DNA of 64,000 bases from Acutalibacteraceae bacterium (GTDB taxonomy: Bacteria; Bacillota; Clostridia; Oscillospirales; Acutalibacteraceae): NCBI GenBank assembly GCA_045546915.1, contig JAZQDU010000008.1, positions 34,291 to 98,290 of the forward strand. The letters are read 5' to 3'. Shown in pieces: positions 1 through 8,157 of the stretch. The notes under the pieces are model-generated. The model was not told the origin of the DNA. It saw only the letters and a program-made list of their open reading frames with translations, and did not search any database. A program made the position numbers and the translations under genes. How positions within the stretch are numbered: the first letter of the stretch is position 1; every line of letters starts with the position of its first letter.

Positions 1-1
1 A

Positions 2-2047
2 TATGCAAACACCGAAAAAATAATTGATGTTATAAATATGTTTTCCTGTGGAAACGTCGGTGCTTCGTGGAATATACGCGAGACGTTTTTTGTAGCCAAA
101 GAAACTGCAGAGCAGACCATTAAAATTTTGGGCGCTTATATTTGTAATGTAAGATTCGGCGACATGAAGGACGGGAAAAAAGTACTGCTTGGTGACGGCG
201 AGTTGCCGGTAGATGAGTTTGTTTTTGCATTGCGTTCGCTTAATTATGAGGGATATGCAGTTGTCGAGCCGAATGACGAAATTAATAATAACGATATTGT
301 TTTCACTCATTATGTTAATTTTATGTTGAGCGTTACCGACAGTTTCAGCAACAAACATACAGTTCAGCATAACCGTTCTAAAACAGGTGAGTTTGTTTGG
401 GAAAGATACTCGGTTATCGATAAAACCTTTTCTCAGGTGCTTGATACCATGGTAGACTATTTTCCTGACCAATATGCTTTCAAATACACAACGCTTGATT
501 ATACGAGAACATATTCGGAGTTTAGGCGTGACGTTGACCGCGTAGCGGCATCGCTTATAGCAATGGGCGTTAAACCCGGATATCATGTTGCAATTTGGGC
601 AACCAATGTGCCTCAGTGGTTTTTGACGTTTTGGGCAACTGTTAAAATAGGTGCTGTGCTTGTAACCGTAAACACTGCTTATAAATTACATGAGGCTGAG
701 TATCTGCTTCGTCAGTCAGATACTCATACTTTGGTTATGATTGAGGACTGTAAAGACTCAAATTATAAGGAAATCATTGAAACACTTTGTCCCGAACTTA
801 AAACTTTAGAGGCAGGCAAACCGCTTCATTGCAAAAACTTGCCGTTCCTTAAAAATATTGTAACGGTAGGCTTTAATATGGATGGCTGCCTTACCTGGGA
901 GCAAATGCTTGACCTTTCTGATCGAGTGCCGGTAGAGGAAGTTCGTCGCAGGGCTGCAGAGGTAAAACCGGATGATGTATGCAATATGCAGTACACCTCG
1001 GGTACAACCGGATTTCCAAAAGGTGTTATGCTCACCCACAGAAACATTGTAAATAACGGTAAAATAATAGGCGATAGAATGGATTTGTCCACCGCTGACC
1101 GTATGATGGTTCAGGTGCCGATGTTCCATTGTTTTGGCATGGTGCTTTCTATGACTTCTACCATGACACACGGCGGTACACTTTGTCCTATGCCGTATTT
1201 TTCACCAAAATCTTCGCTTGCTTGCATAAATAATGAAAAAATCACCTGTTTTAACGGTGTTCCTACCATGTTTATTGCTATGTTTGCGCATGAGGATTTT
1301 GCCAAGACTGATTTTTCCTATATCCGTACCGGTATTATGGCGGGTGCGAACTGTCCTGCTGACCTTATGAGAAGAGCCGCTGATGAAATGAATATGAAAG
1401 AAATTATCAGCGTTTACGGACAGACCGAAGCATCTCCCGGTTGCACAATGGGTGAGGTTAATGAGGATATCGACCACCGTGTTGAAACGGTTGGTTCGGC
1501 ATTCCCGGGTGTCGAATGTAAGATTATCGACCCTGAAACAGGTGAAGAACTGCCCGACGGTGAAAACGGCGAGTTTGTCGCACGCGGATATAACATTATG
1601 AAGGGTTATTACAAAATGCCTAAGGCAACAGCTTCTACTATTGATAAAGAGGGCTGGCTTCATTCGGGCGATATTTGTTGCCGCACACCCGACGGATATT
1701 ATAAGGTTACAGGTCGTCTTAAAGATATGATTATCCGTGGCGGTGAAAACCTTTATCCGAGAGAAATTGAGGAGTTCTATTTGGGACACAGCAAGGTTAA
1801 AGATGTTCAGGTTGTTGGTGTTCCCGATAAGCGATACGGTGAAGAGGCCTGTGCTTGGATAATTCTTAAAGACGGCGAAAGTTCCGACGAGAATGAAATG
1901 AGGGAGTATGGTAATAGTTTCATGGCTCGTCATAAGGTTCCGAGATACTTTATATTTACAAATGAGTTCCCGATGAATGCCGCAGGTAAAATTTTGAAGT
2001 ATAAAATGCGTGATATGTCGATCGAAAAACTCGGCATTGATGGTTGA
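2..2047 (+). CDS. AMP-dependent acyl-CoA ligase with an N-terminal xylose-isomerase-like TIM-barrel segment; 5' partial because the frame is open to the window edge
   Basis: No in-frame stop between nt 2 and the ATG at 38. AMP-binding motifs YTSGTTGFPKGVMLTH, YGQTE, HSGD and GKILK are present. The first ~110 aa (..NYEGYAVVEP..) resemble the C-terminus of sugar-phosphate isomerase/epimerase TIM barrels. Confidence 0.75.
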   Translation, partial: YANTEKIIDVINMFSCGNVGASWNIRETFFVAKETAEQTIKILGAYICNVRFGDMKDGKKVLLGDGELPVDEFVFALRSLNYEGYAVVEPNDEINNNDIVFTHYVNFMLSVTDSFSNKHTVQHNRSKTGEFVWERYSVIDKTFSQVLDTMVDYFPDQYAFKYTTLDYTRTYSEFRRDVDRVAASLIAMGVKPGYHVAIWATNVPQWFLTFWATVKIGAVLVTVNTAYKLHEAEYLLRQSDTHTLVMIEDCKDSNYKEIIETLCPELKTLEAGKPLHCKNLPFLKNIVTVGFNMDGCLTWEQMLDLSDRVPVEEVRRRAAEVKPDDVCNMQYTSGTTGFPKGVMLTHRNIVNNGKIIGDRMDLSTADRMMVQVPMFHCFGMVLSMTSTMTHGGTLCPMPYFSPKSSLACINNEKITCFNGVPTMFIAMFAHEDFAKTDFSYIRTGIMAGANCPADLMRRAADEMNMKEIISVYGQTEASPGCTMGEVNEDIDHRVETVGSAFPGVECKIIDPETGEELPDGENGEFVARGYNIMKGYYKMPKATASTIDKEGWLHSGDICCRTPDGYYKVTGRLKDMIIRGGENLYPREIEEFYLGHSKVKDVQVVGVPDKRYGEEACAWIILKDGESSDENEMREYGNSFMARHKVPRYFIFTNEFPMNAAGKILKYKMRDMSIEKLGIDG

Positions 2048-2060
2048 TAGGGGTGGTATT

Positions 2061-2861
2061 ATGCACCCTATAGTTGATTGTCACTGTCATATATACCCCG
2101 AAAAAATTGCCTCAAAAGCCGTAGAAAGTATCGGAAAATTTTACGATATTCCTATGGTTTGTGGTGGCACTGTTTCGGACATGATTAATGCCGAAAGAAA
2201 AGCAGGGGTTACGCATTGTATTGTTTTTTCGGTTGCAACTAAACCTGCACAGATTCAATCTATCAATAATTTTATCGCAGGAGAAGTGAAAAAATCGGAC
2301 GGGTTTATGACGGGACTCGGCACTTTGCACCCGGATAGCACCGATGTTGAGGGTGATATTGAACACCTTATTTCATTAGGGCTTAAAGGTGTAAAATTCC
2401 ATCCAGATTTTCAAAAGTTCGCAATAGACGAAGAACGTGCCGTTAGAATTTATGAAATTTGCGACAAAAAGGGCTTGCCTGTACTTTTTCATACAGGGGA
2501 CAGCCGTTATAAATTTTCTAATCCCGAAAATGTAGAGCCGATACTTAAAAGATTTAAAAATCTTACAGTAATAGGCGCTCATTTGGGCGGTTGGTCAATT
2601 TGGGAAAAGGCTGTTGATACTTTGAGTAAGTACGACAATTTTTATGTAGATTGTTCGTCGGCACTTTATGCGATAACACCCGAAAAAGCCAAAGATGTAA
2701 TAAGAAAATACGGCGCTAAACGGGTAATGTTTGCTACCGATTATCCAATGTGGAACCCTAAAGAAGAACTTGAACGTTTTTATGCTTTGGGGTTAACAAA
2801 GGAAGAAAATGAGCAAATTCTTTATAAAACCGCAAAAAAAGTATTCAATTTATCGATTTAA
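2061..2861 (+). CDS. Amidohydrolase-family (TIM-barrel metal-dependent) hydrolase
   Basis: ATG at 2061 follows GGGGTGG. The N-terminus is HPIVDCHCHIYPE (HxH metal motif), with later ..FHPDFQ.., ..FHTGD.. and ..FATDYP... The 2010 start in the ORF track overlaps the upstream gene. Confidence 0.7.
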   Translation: MHPIVDCHCHIYPEKIASKAVESIGKFYDIPMVCGGTVSDMINAERKAGVTHCIVFSVATKPAQIQSINNFIAGEVKKSDGFMTGLGTLHPDSTDVEGDIEHLISLGLKGVKFHPDFQKFAIDEERAVRIYEICDKKGLPVLFHTGDSRYKFSNPENVEPILKRFKNLTVIGAHLGGWSIWEKAVDTLSKYDNFYVDCSSALYAITPEKAKDVIRKYGAKRVMFATDYPMWNPKEELERFYALGLTKEENEQILYKTAKKVFNLSI

Positions 2862-2875
2862 AGTGAAATAAATGC

Positions 2876-2904
2876 TTGACAAATTGAAAATTTGAGCGTA
2901 TAAT
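2876..2904 (+). promoter_or_regulatory. Sigma-A type promoter (TTGACA-17-TATAAT)
   Basis: TTGACA at 2876-2881, an exact 17-nt spacer, TATAAT at 2899-2904. It lies directly upstream of the T-box leader. Confidence 0.75.
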
Positions 2905-2910
2905 ACAGTA

Positions 2911-3190
2911 AAATCTTTAAAGGCTATGACGAAGACGGAGAATTTTTAGTTCTCACAGAGAGTCGGGGATGGTGTGAACCCGACAGAATGAAAAGTTCAA
3001 TCCCATCACTTCCGAGCCGAAGACCTGAACGTTTTTATTAGTAGGCGTCTTCCGTGACTGCTACGTTAGTGCATAGGATTTGTCAGAATCCGAAGTGGCG
3101 TTTTTACGCAATTTGAGTGGTACCGCGGGTACGAATAGTTTGTTCGACTCGTCTCAAAGAAAACCTTTGAGACGAGTCTTTTTATTTTTC
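2911..3190 (+). promoter_or_regulatory. T-box riboswitch leader, predicted specifier AUC (Ile)
   Basis: Stem I base is GGCUAUGACGAAG (2922-2934) paired with CUUCCGAGCC (3009-3018), a GA/K-turn. AG bulge CAGAGAGUCGG, distal loop GGUGUGA, T-box motif AAUUUGAGUGGUACCGCG (3110-3128) and a terminator are present. The 3' side of the specifier loop reads ..CCC AUC A|CUUC, with the codon at 3005-3007. Confidence 0.85.
3146..3190 (+). terminator. Intrinsic terminator of T-box leader 1
   Basis: GACTCGTCTCAAAG / CTTTGAGACGAGTC 14-bp stem followed by TTTTTATTTTT. It sits 3' of the T-box motif and 5' of the RBS. Confidence 0.85.
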
Positions 3191-3208
3191 TTGAAAGGAG
3201 AAACCAAA

Positions 3209-5476
3209 ATGAGTACAAAAAACACAATGACTGAATTATCCGAGGTTGCATCGCGAATTAAGGAGATGCGCGAGATAATGGGTTGGACGGCAGCCGAAAT
3301 GGCCGAAAAGACCGAGGTGACCGAAGAAATTTATAATATGTACGAAAGTGGTGAGGATGACCTTCCGTTCTCGTTTATTTATAAATGTGCTAAGGTGTTT
3401 GATATTCAGATGACACAGTTGCTTGAAGGTAAAACAGCAAGACTGTCATCGTATACTGTCACAAGAAAGGGTCAAGGACAGACCACTGTTGATGAGGATG
3501 GCATTGTTATACGCAATCTGGCTCCTAAATTTAAGGATAAAATCTCCGAACCATACATGGTACGTTATGAATATTCGGCAGAGCTTCAAAACCGCCCCAT
3601 TCATTTGACAACCCATTCAGGTCAGGAGTTTGACCTTGTTTTGGAAGGCTCCTTGAAGGTTCAGGTTGGAGAACATACTGAGGTTCTCAATGAGGGCGAT
3701 AGTATTTATTACAATTCTTCAACACCCCATGGTATGATTGCCGTTGGCGGTAAGGACTGCGTTTTTTGTGCAGTTGTTCTTCCCGGTGAGGAAACTGAGG
3801 AGCAGACCGTTACTAAAAGTATTGCAAGGGCTCGTTCAACGCAAACTCTCGTTTGTGAGAAGTTTGTTAAGGCAGAAGAGGACGAAAACGGATGTTTGAA
3901 ATCTATCGAATTCCCTAATAAAGAAACTTTTAACTTTGGTTTTGATATAGTAGACGGTATCGCTGAAAAATATCCCGAAAAATTAGCGATGATTCATGTT
4001 GACAAAAATATGACCGAGCGTAAATTTACGTTTGCTGATATAAAGAGAGCGTCTTCGCAGGTTGCTAACTATTTTGCATCACTTGGGATCAAAAAAGGCG
4101 ACCGCGTAATGCTCGTTCTTAAAAGACATTATCAGTTCTGGTTTTCTATGGTAGCATTGCATAAATTAGGTGCAATAGCAATTCCTGCTACACATCAGCT
4201 TAAAGACCACGACTTTGAGTATCGCTTTAATGCAGCAGGTGTTTCGGCGATTGTTTGTACCTCGGATGACGATGTTTATAAAATTGTAGATGTAGCGCAA
4301 GCAAAATCTCCCACTCTTAAAACCAAAATTTTGGTTGGTGGTAGCGCTGAAGGTTGGCACGATTTTGATGCTGAATACGGTAGGTTTTCGGGTAAGTTTA
4401 ATCGTACTGAAGATTCATCGTGCGGTGACGAAGCTGCTTTGATGTTCTTTACTTCGGGCACTACCGGTAATCCTAAAATGGCTTGCCATAAGCATACCTA
4501 TGCGTTAGGTCATTTTGTTACCGCTAAATATTGGCATTGTTGCGAACGTGAGGGATTACACTTAACCATTTCCGATACAGGTTGGGGTAAATCTCTTTGG
4601 GGTAAACTTTACGGTCAGTGGTTGTGCGAGGGGGCAGTCTTTGTATATGACTTCGACCGCTTTAATGCTGCCGATATTTTACCAATGTTTGCAAAATACA
4701 ATATCACTACCTTCTGTGCACCTCCTACAATGCTCCGTATGTTAATTAAGGAAGATTTGTCTAAGTACGACCTTTCTTCTATCCACCATATGACCACTGC
4801 AGGCGAGGCGTTAAACCCTGAAGTATTCCGCCAGTTTGAGGCTGCTACAGGCTTGCAGATAATGGAAGGCTTCGGTCAGACCGAAACAACACTTACTATA
4901 GCAAACCTTGTAGGTACTACTCCAAAACTCGGTTCTATGGGTAAAGCATCACCTCAGTACAATATTGATATAGTCGACCCTGACGGCAACTCGGTACCAA
5001 CGGGTGAAACGGGTGAGATTGTTATCCGCCTTGACGGTAATACTCCTTGCGGACTGTTTAAGGAATATTATCTTGATGACGAAAAGACAAACGAGGCAAT
5101 TTATGACGGTATGTATCATACAGGCGATACCGCATGGCGTGACGAGGACGGTTATTTCTGGTACGTAAGCCGTATAGATGACGTTATTAAGTCTTCGGGC
5201 TACCGTATTGGACCTTTCGAAATCGAAAGCGTAATTATGGAATTGCCGTATGTTTTAGAATGTGGTGTTTCGGCGGCACCTGACGAGGTTAGAGGTCAGG
5301 TTGTAAAGGCAAGTATTGTGCTTACAAAGGGTACCGAACCTACCGAGGAACTTAAAAAAGAAATTCAAGCTTATGTTAAAGAGCATACGGCACCGTATAA
5401 GTATCCGAGGGTTGTTGTTTTCCGTGACGAATTACCTAAAACTATAAGCGGTAAGATTCAAAGAAATAAACTTTGA
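3209..5476 (+). CDS. Fusion protein: XRE-type HTH + cupin domain + AMP-forming (medium/short-chain) acyl-CoA synthetase
   Basis: AAGGAG at 3195-3200 precedes the ATG at 3209. The N-terminus has an HTH (IKEMREIMGWTAAEMAEKTEV..) and a cupin (HSGQEFDLVLEG..GDSIYYNSSTPHGM). The synthetase part has FFTSGTTGNPKM, GFGQTETT, YHTGD, SSGYRIGPFEIE and PKTISGKIQR. Confidence 0.88.
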   Translation: MSTKNTMTELSEVASRIKEMREIMGWTAAEMAEKTEVTEEIYNMYESGEDDLPFSFIYKCAKVFDIQMTQLLEGKTARLSSYTVTRKGQGQTTVDEDGIVIRNLAPKFKDKISEPYMVRYEYSAELQNRPIHLTTHSGQEFDLVLEGSLKVQVGEHTEVLNEGDSIYYNSSTPHGMIAVGGKDCVFCAVVLPGEETEEQTVTKSIARARSTQTLVCEKFVKAEEDENGCLKSIEFPNKETFNFGFDIVDGIAEKYPEKLAMIHVDKNMTERKFTFADIKRASSQVANYFASLGIKKGDRVMLVLKRHYQFWFSMVALHKLGAIAIPATHQLKDHDFEYRFNAAGVSAIVCTSDDDVYKIVDVAQAKSPTLKTKILVGGSAEGWHDFDAEYGRFSGKFNRTEDSSCGDEAALMFFTSGTTGNPKMACHKHTYALGHFVTAKYWHCCEREGLHLTISDTGWGKSLWGKLYGQWLCEGAVFVYDFDRFNAADILPMFAKYNITTFCAPPTMLRMLIKEDLSKYDLSSIHHMTTAGEALNPEVFRQFEAATGLQIMEGFGQTETTLTIANLVGTTPKLGSMGKASPQYNIDIVDPDGNSVPTGETGEIVIRLDGNTPCGLFKEYYLDDEKTNEAIYDGMYHTGDTAWRDEDGYFWYVSRIDDVIKSSGYRIGPFEIESVIMELPYVLECGVSAAPDEVRGQVVKASIVLTKGTEPTEELKKEIQAYVKEHTAPYKYPRVVVFRDELPKTISGKIQRNKL

Positions 5477-5479
5477 TAC

Positions 5480-5508
5480 TTGACAAATAGCGACATATTT
5501 GGTATAAT
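5480..5508 (+). promoter_or_regulatory. Sigma-A type promoter with extended -10 (TTGACA-17-TGgTATAAT)
   Basis: TTGACA at 5480-5485, a 17-nt spacer ending in TGG, TATAAT at 5503-5508. It starts 4 nt after the upstream stop codon. Confidence 0.75.
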
Positions 5509-5514
5509 TCCAAA

Positions 5515-5792
5515 ATAAAGGCTTTGACGAAGAGGGCAGGATTTTTAGTGTTTTCAGAGAGTCGGCGTTGGGTGTGAGTCCGGCATCACGTTTTCTTTGC
5601 TTGTAACTTCTGAGCTGAAAGGAAGAACAGCGTTTTGCTTAGTAGAACCTTTCCGTTACGGCTACGTTAGTGCATAGGGCTTAGTGAGCCTGAGTGGTGC
5701 GAATATAGTGTTTGCGCAATTTGAGTGGTACCGCGGGATATAAAGTTTTTATAGCTCGTCTCAAAGGAAATGCTTTGAGGCGGGCTTTTATT
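5515..5792 (+). promoter_or_regulatory. T-box riboswitch leader, predicted specifier GUA (Val)
   Basis: Paralogous to leader 1. Base is GGCUUUGACGAAG (5520-5532) paired with CUUCUGAGCU (5607-5616). It has CAGAGAGUCGG, a GGUGUGA loop, AAUUUGAGUGGUACCGCG (5718-5735) and a terminator. The specifier loop reads ..UU GUA A|CUUC, with the codon at 5603-5605. Confidence 0.85.
5753..5792 (+). terminator. Intrinsic terminator of T-box leader 2
   Basis: AGCTCGTCTCAAAG / CTTTGAGGCGGGCT stem (with G-U pairs) followed by TTTTATT. Confidence 0.8.
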
Positions 5793-5845
5793 GTAAAACC
5801 TATGGTTTCGCCTCGAAAGACAACTTCTATTTTTGGAGGTACTTT

Positions 5846-8152
5846 ATGAAGACAACCGGTCTCGAATTTAAAATTAAAGAAATGGCTAAGCGTATTGCCG
5901 ACCTTAGAGAGATTGTCGGCCTTACCACAGCCGAAATGGCACTTCACACCGGTGTTAGCGAAGAGGAGTATCTTGCTTGCGAGGCAGGCGAGCGCGACCT
6001 TAACTTTGCTTTCCTTTACCGCTGTGCTTTAGCGTTAAAGGTTGACGTTACCGATATTATTGAGGGTAGCAGTCCCCGTCTTGCAGGCTATACGGTGACA
6101 AGAAGGGGAGAAGGTCAGCGAATTGAGGAGGCTCATGGGCTTAGATACTACAATCTTGCCGCATCGTTTAAAAATCGTATTGCTGAGCCTTTGTATGTTG
6201 TTACCGAATATAACGAGGAAGCACAGAATGCCGATATCGAACTCACTGCCCACCAGGGACAGGAGTGCGATATAATCATAAAAGGTGCTCTAAAAGTTCA
6301 GATTGGCGACCATGTTGAGATACTTCACGAAGGTGACAGCATATATTATGACAGTTCGGTTCCTCACGGAATGATTGCGGTTGAAGGTAACGAATGTACC
6401 TTTTATGCTATTGTTCTTAACCCTCAGGGTGAACCTATTGACCATATGGTTCACGGTGGTGTTAAAGAGTTTACATTGGCTTCAAAGCGTCCTTCAGTTG
6501 CTCATGAGATGGCTGTGGAGGACCGCGTTTGGGAGGACTTTGTAATTCCTACCGAAAACGAGAATGGAACAATTACTAAAATTGACTTTAAGAATGAAGA
6601 TAACTTCAACTTTGCTTTTGATGTTATCGACCGATTAGGTCGTGAAAAGCCTGACAAATTGGCAATGGTTCATCTTGACCGCGAACGTAATGAACGCAAG
6701 TTCACTTTCGCTGATATAAAACGTGCTTCGTCGCAGACTGCTAACTACTTCAAATCTTTGGGTATTGGCAAGGGCGATAAAGTTATGCTTATCTTAAAGC
6801 GTCATTATCAGTTCTGGTTCTCAATTTTGGCTTTACATAAACTCGGCGCAGTTGCTATTCCTGCAACCAATCAACTTAAAGAGCACGATATTACTTATCG
6901 TATCAATGCCGCAGGCGTAAAAGCGGTTATTTGTACTGCCGACGGCGAAGTGTCCAACGAGGTTGATATTGCTGCCAAACACTGTGAGTGCTTAGAGCAC
7001 AAGATTATGGTTGGCGGTAAAAAGGATGGCTGGAGAAACTTCGATGAGGAGTATAGCCTCTATACCGGTAAGTTTGAACGTACCGATGATTCGCCAAAAG
7101 GCAACGATACTATGCTTATGTATTTCACTTCGGGTACAACAGGCAATCCTAAAATCGCAGTACATAACTATAAATACCCGTTAGGACATTTTATAACTGC
7201 AAAATACTGGCATTGCGTAAACCCTGACGGAATTCACTTTACCATTTCAGATACAGGTTGGGCAAAGGCTGCTTGGGGTAAAATTTATGGTCAGTGGCTT
7301 TGCGAAACCGCATTGTTTGTTTACGATTTTGATAGATTTGATGCTGCAGATTTGTTGCCAATGTTTGCAAAATATAGCATTACTACATTCTGTGCGCCGC
7401 CTACAATGCTTCGTATGCTTGTTAAAGAGGATATTTCAAAGTATGATTTGTCTTCGGTTGAGCATATGACTACAGCAGGTGAGGCACTAAATCCTGAGGT
7501 GTTCCGTCAGTTTGAAAAGGCAACGGGACTTCAGATTATGGAAGGTTTCGGTCAGACCGAAACAACCTGTGCGCTCGCAAACCTTGTCGGAACAAGAACA
7601 AAGGTTGGCTCAATGGGTAAACCAGTACCGCTTTATGATATTAAATTGCTTGATGCCGACGGTAAAGAGGTAAGCGTTGGCGATGTAGGTGAAATATGTA
7701 TCAACATTTCTGAAAAAGTGCCGTGCGGTTTGTTCTGCGGTTATTTTAACGATAAAGAAAAAACCGATGAAGTTTGGCATGACGGATTCTATCATACCGG
7801 CGATACAGCATGGAAAGACGAAGATGGATATTTCTGGTATGTCGGACGTGTTGACGACGTTATCAAGTCATCTGGTTATCGCATAGGACCGTTTGAGATA
7901 GAAAACGTTATTATGGAATTGCCGTATGTTTTGGAATGTGGCGTTTCTGCTGCACCTGACGAAGTAAGAGGTCAGGTTGTTAAGGCAAGTATTGTACTTA
8001 CTAAAGGCACAGAGGCCACTGAAGAACTCAAAAAAGAAATTCAGAATTATGTCAAAAACAGAACAGCACCGTATAAATATCCGAGAATAGTTGTCTTCCG
8101 TGACGAATTACCCAAAACAGTTAGCGGAAAGATTCAACGTAATAAACTTTAA
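5846..8152 (+). CDS. Fusion protein: XRE-type HTH + cupin + AMP-forming acyl-CoA synthetase (paralog of 3209..5476)
   Basis: GGAGG at 5835-5839. Same three-domain layout as its paralog. The C-terminal ~110 aa are nearly identical to the paralog, while the central region is more diverged. Confidence 0.88.
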   Translation: MKTTGLEFKIKEMAKRIADLREIVGLTTAEMALHTGVSEEEYLACEAGERDLNFAFLYRCALALKVDVTDIIEGSSPRLAGYTVTRRGEGQRIEEAHGLRYYNLAASFKNRIAEPLYVVTEYNEEAQNADIELTAHQGQECDIIIKGALKVQIGDHVEILHEGDSIYYDSSVPHGMIAVEGNECTFYAIVLNPQGEPIDHMVHGGVKEFTLASKRPSVAHEMAVEDRVWEDFVIPTENENGTITKIDFKNEDNFNFAFDVIDRLGREKPDKLAMVHLDRERNERKFTFADIKRASSQTANYFKSLGIGKGDKVMLILKRHYQFWFSILALHKLGAVAIPATNQLKEHDITYRINAAGVKAVICTADGEVSNEVDIAAKHCECLEHKIMVGGKKDGWRNFDEEYSLYTGKFERTDDSPKGNDTMLMYFTSGTTGNPKIAVHNYKYPLGHFITAKYWHCVNPDGIHFTISDTGWAKAAWGKIYGQWLCETALFVYDFDRFDAADLLPMFAKYSITTFCAPPTMLRMLVKEDISKYDLSSVEHMTTAGEALNPEVFRQFEKATGLQIMEGFGQTETTCALANLVGTRTKVGSMGKPVPLYDIKLLDADGKEVSVGDVGEICINISEKVPCGLFCGYFNDKEKTDEVWHDGFYHTGDTAWKDEDGYFWYVGRVDDVIKSSGYRIGPFEIENVIMELPYVLECGVSAAPDEVRGQVVKASIVLTKGTEATEELKKEIQNYVKNRTAPYKYPRIVVFRDELPKTVSGKIQRNKL

Positions 8153-8157
8153 AGATT

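Noticed and set aside
1202-1933. 243-aa antisense ORF inside the acyl-CoA ligase. Similar long shadow ORFs occur at 9973-10428, 23033-23755, 26385-26795, 35622-36230, 42319-42882 and 49793-50488.
   Set aside because: All lie fully inside well-supported genes on the opposite strand. They lack RBS motifs, have odd low-complexity compositions and match no recognisable families. These are typical frame-shadow ORFs.
3080-3208. N-terminal extension of the first synthetase ORF (the ORF track starts it at 3080)
   Set aside because: The extension is translated from the T-box motif and terminator hairpin. A strong AAGGAG RBS at 3195-3200 precedes the ATG at 3209, and the paralog starts at the equivalent MxT..L residue.
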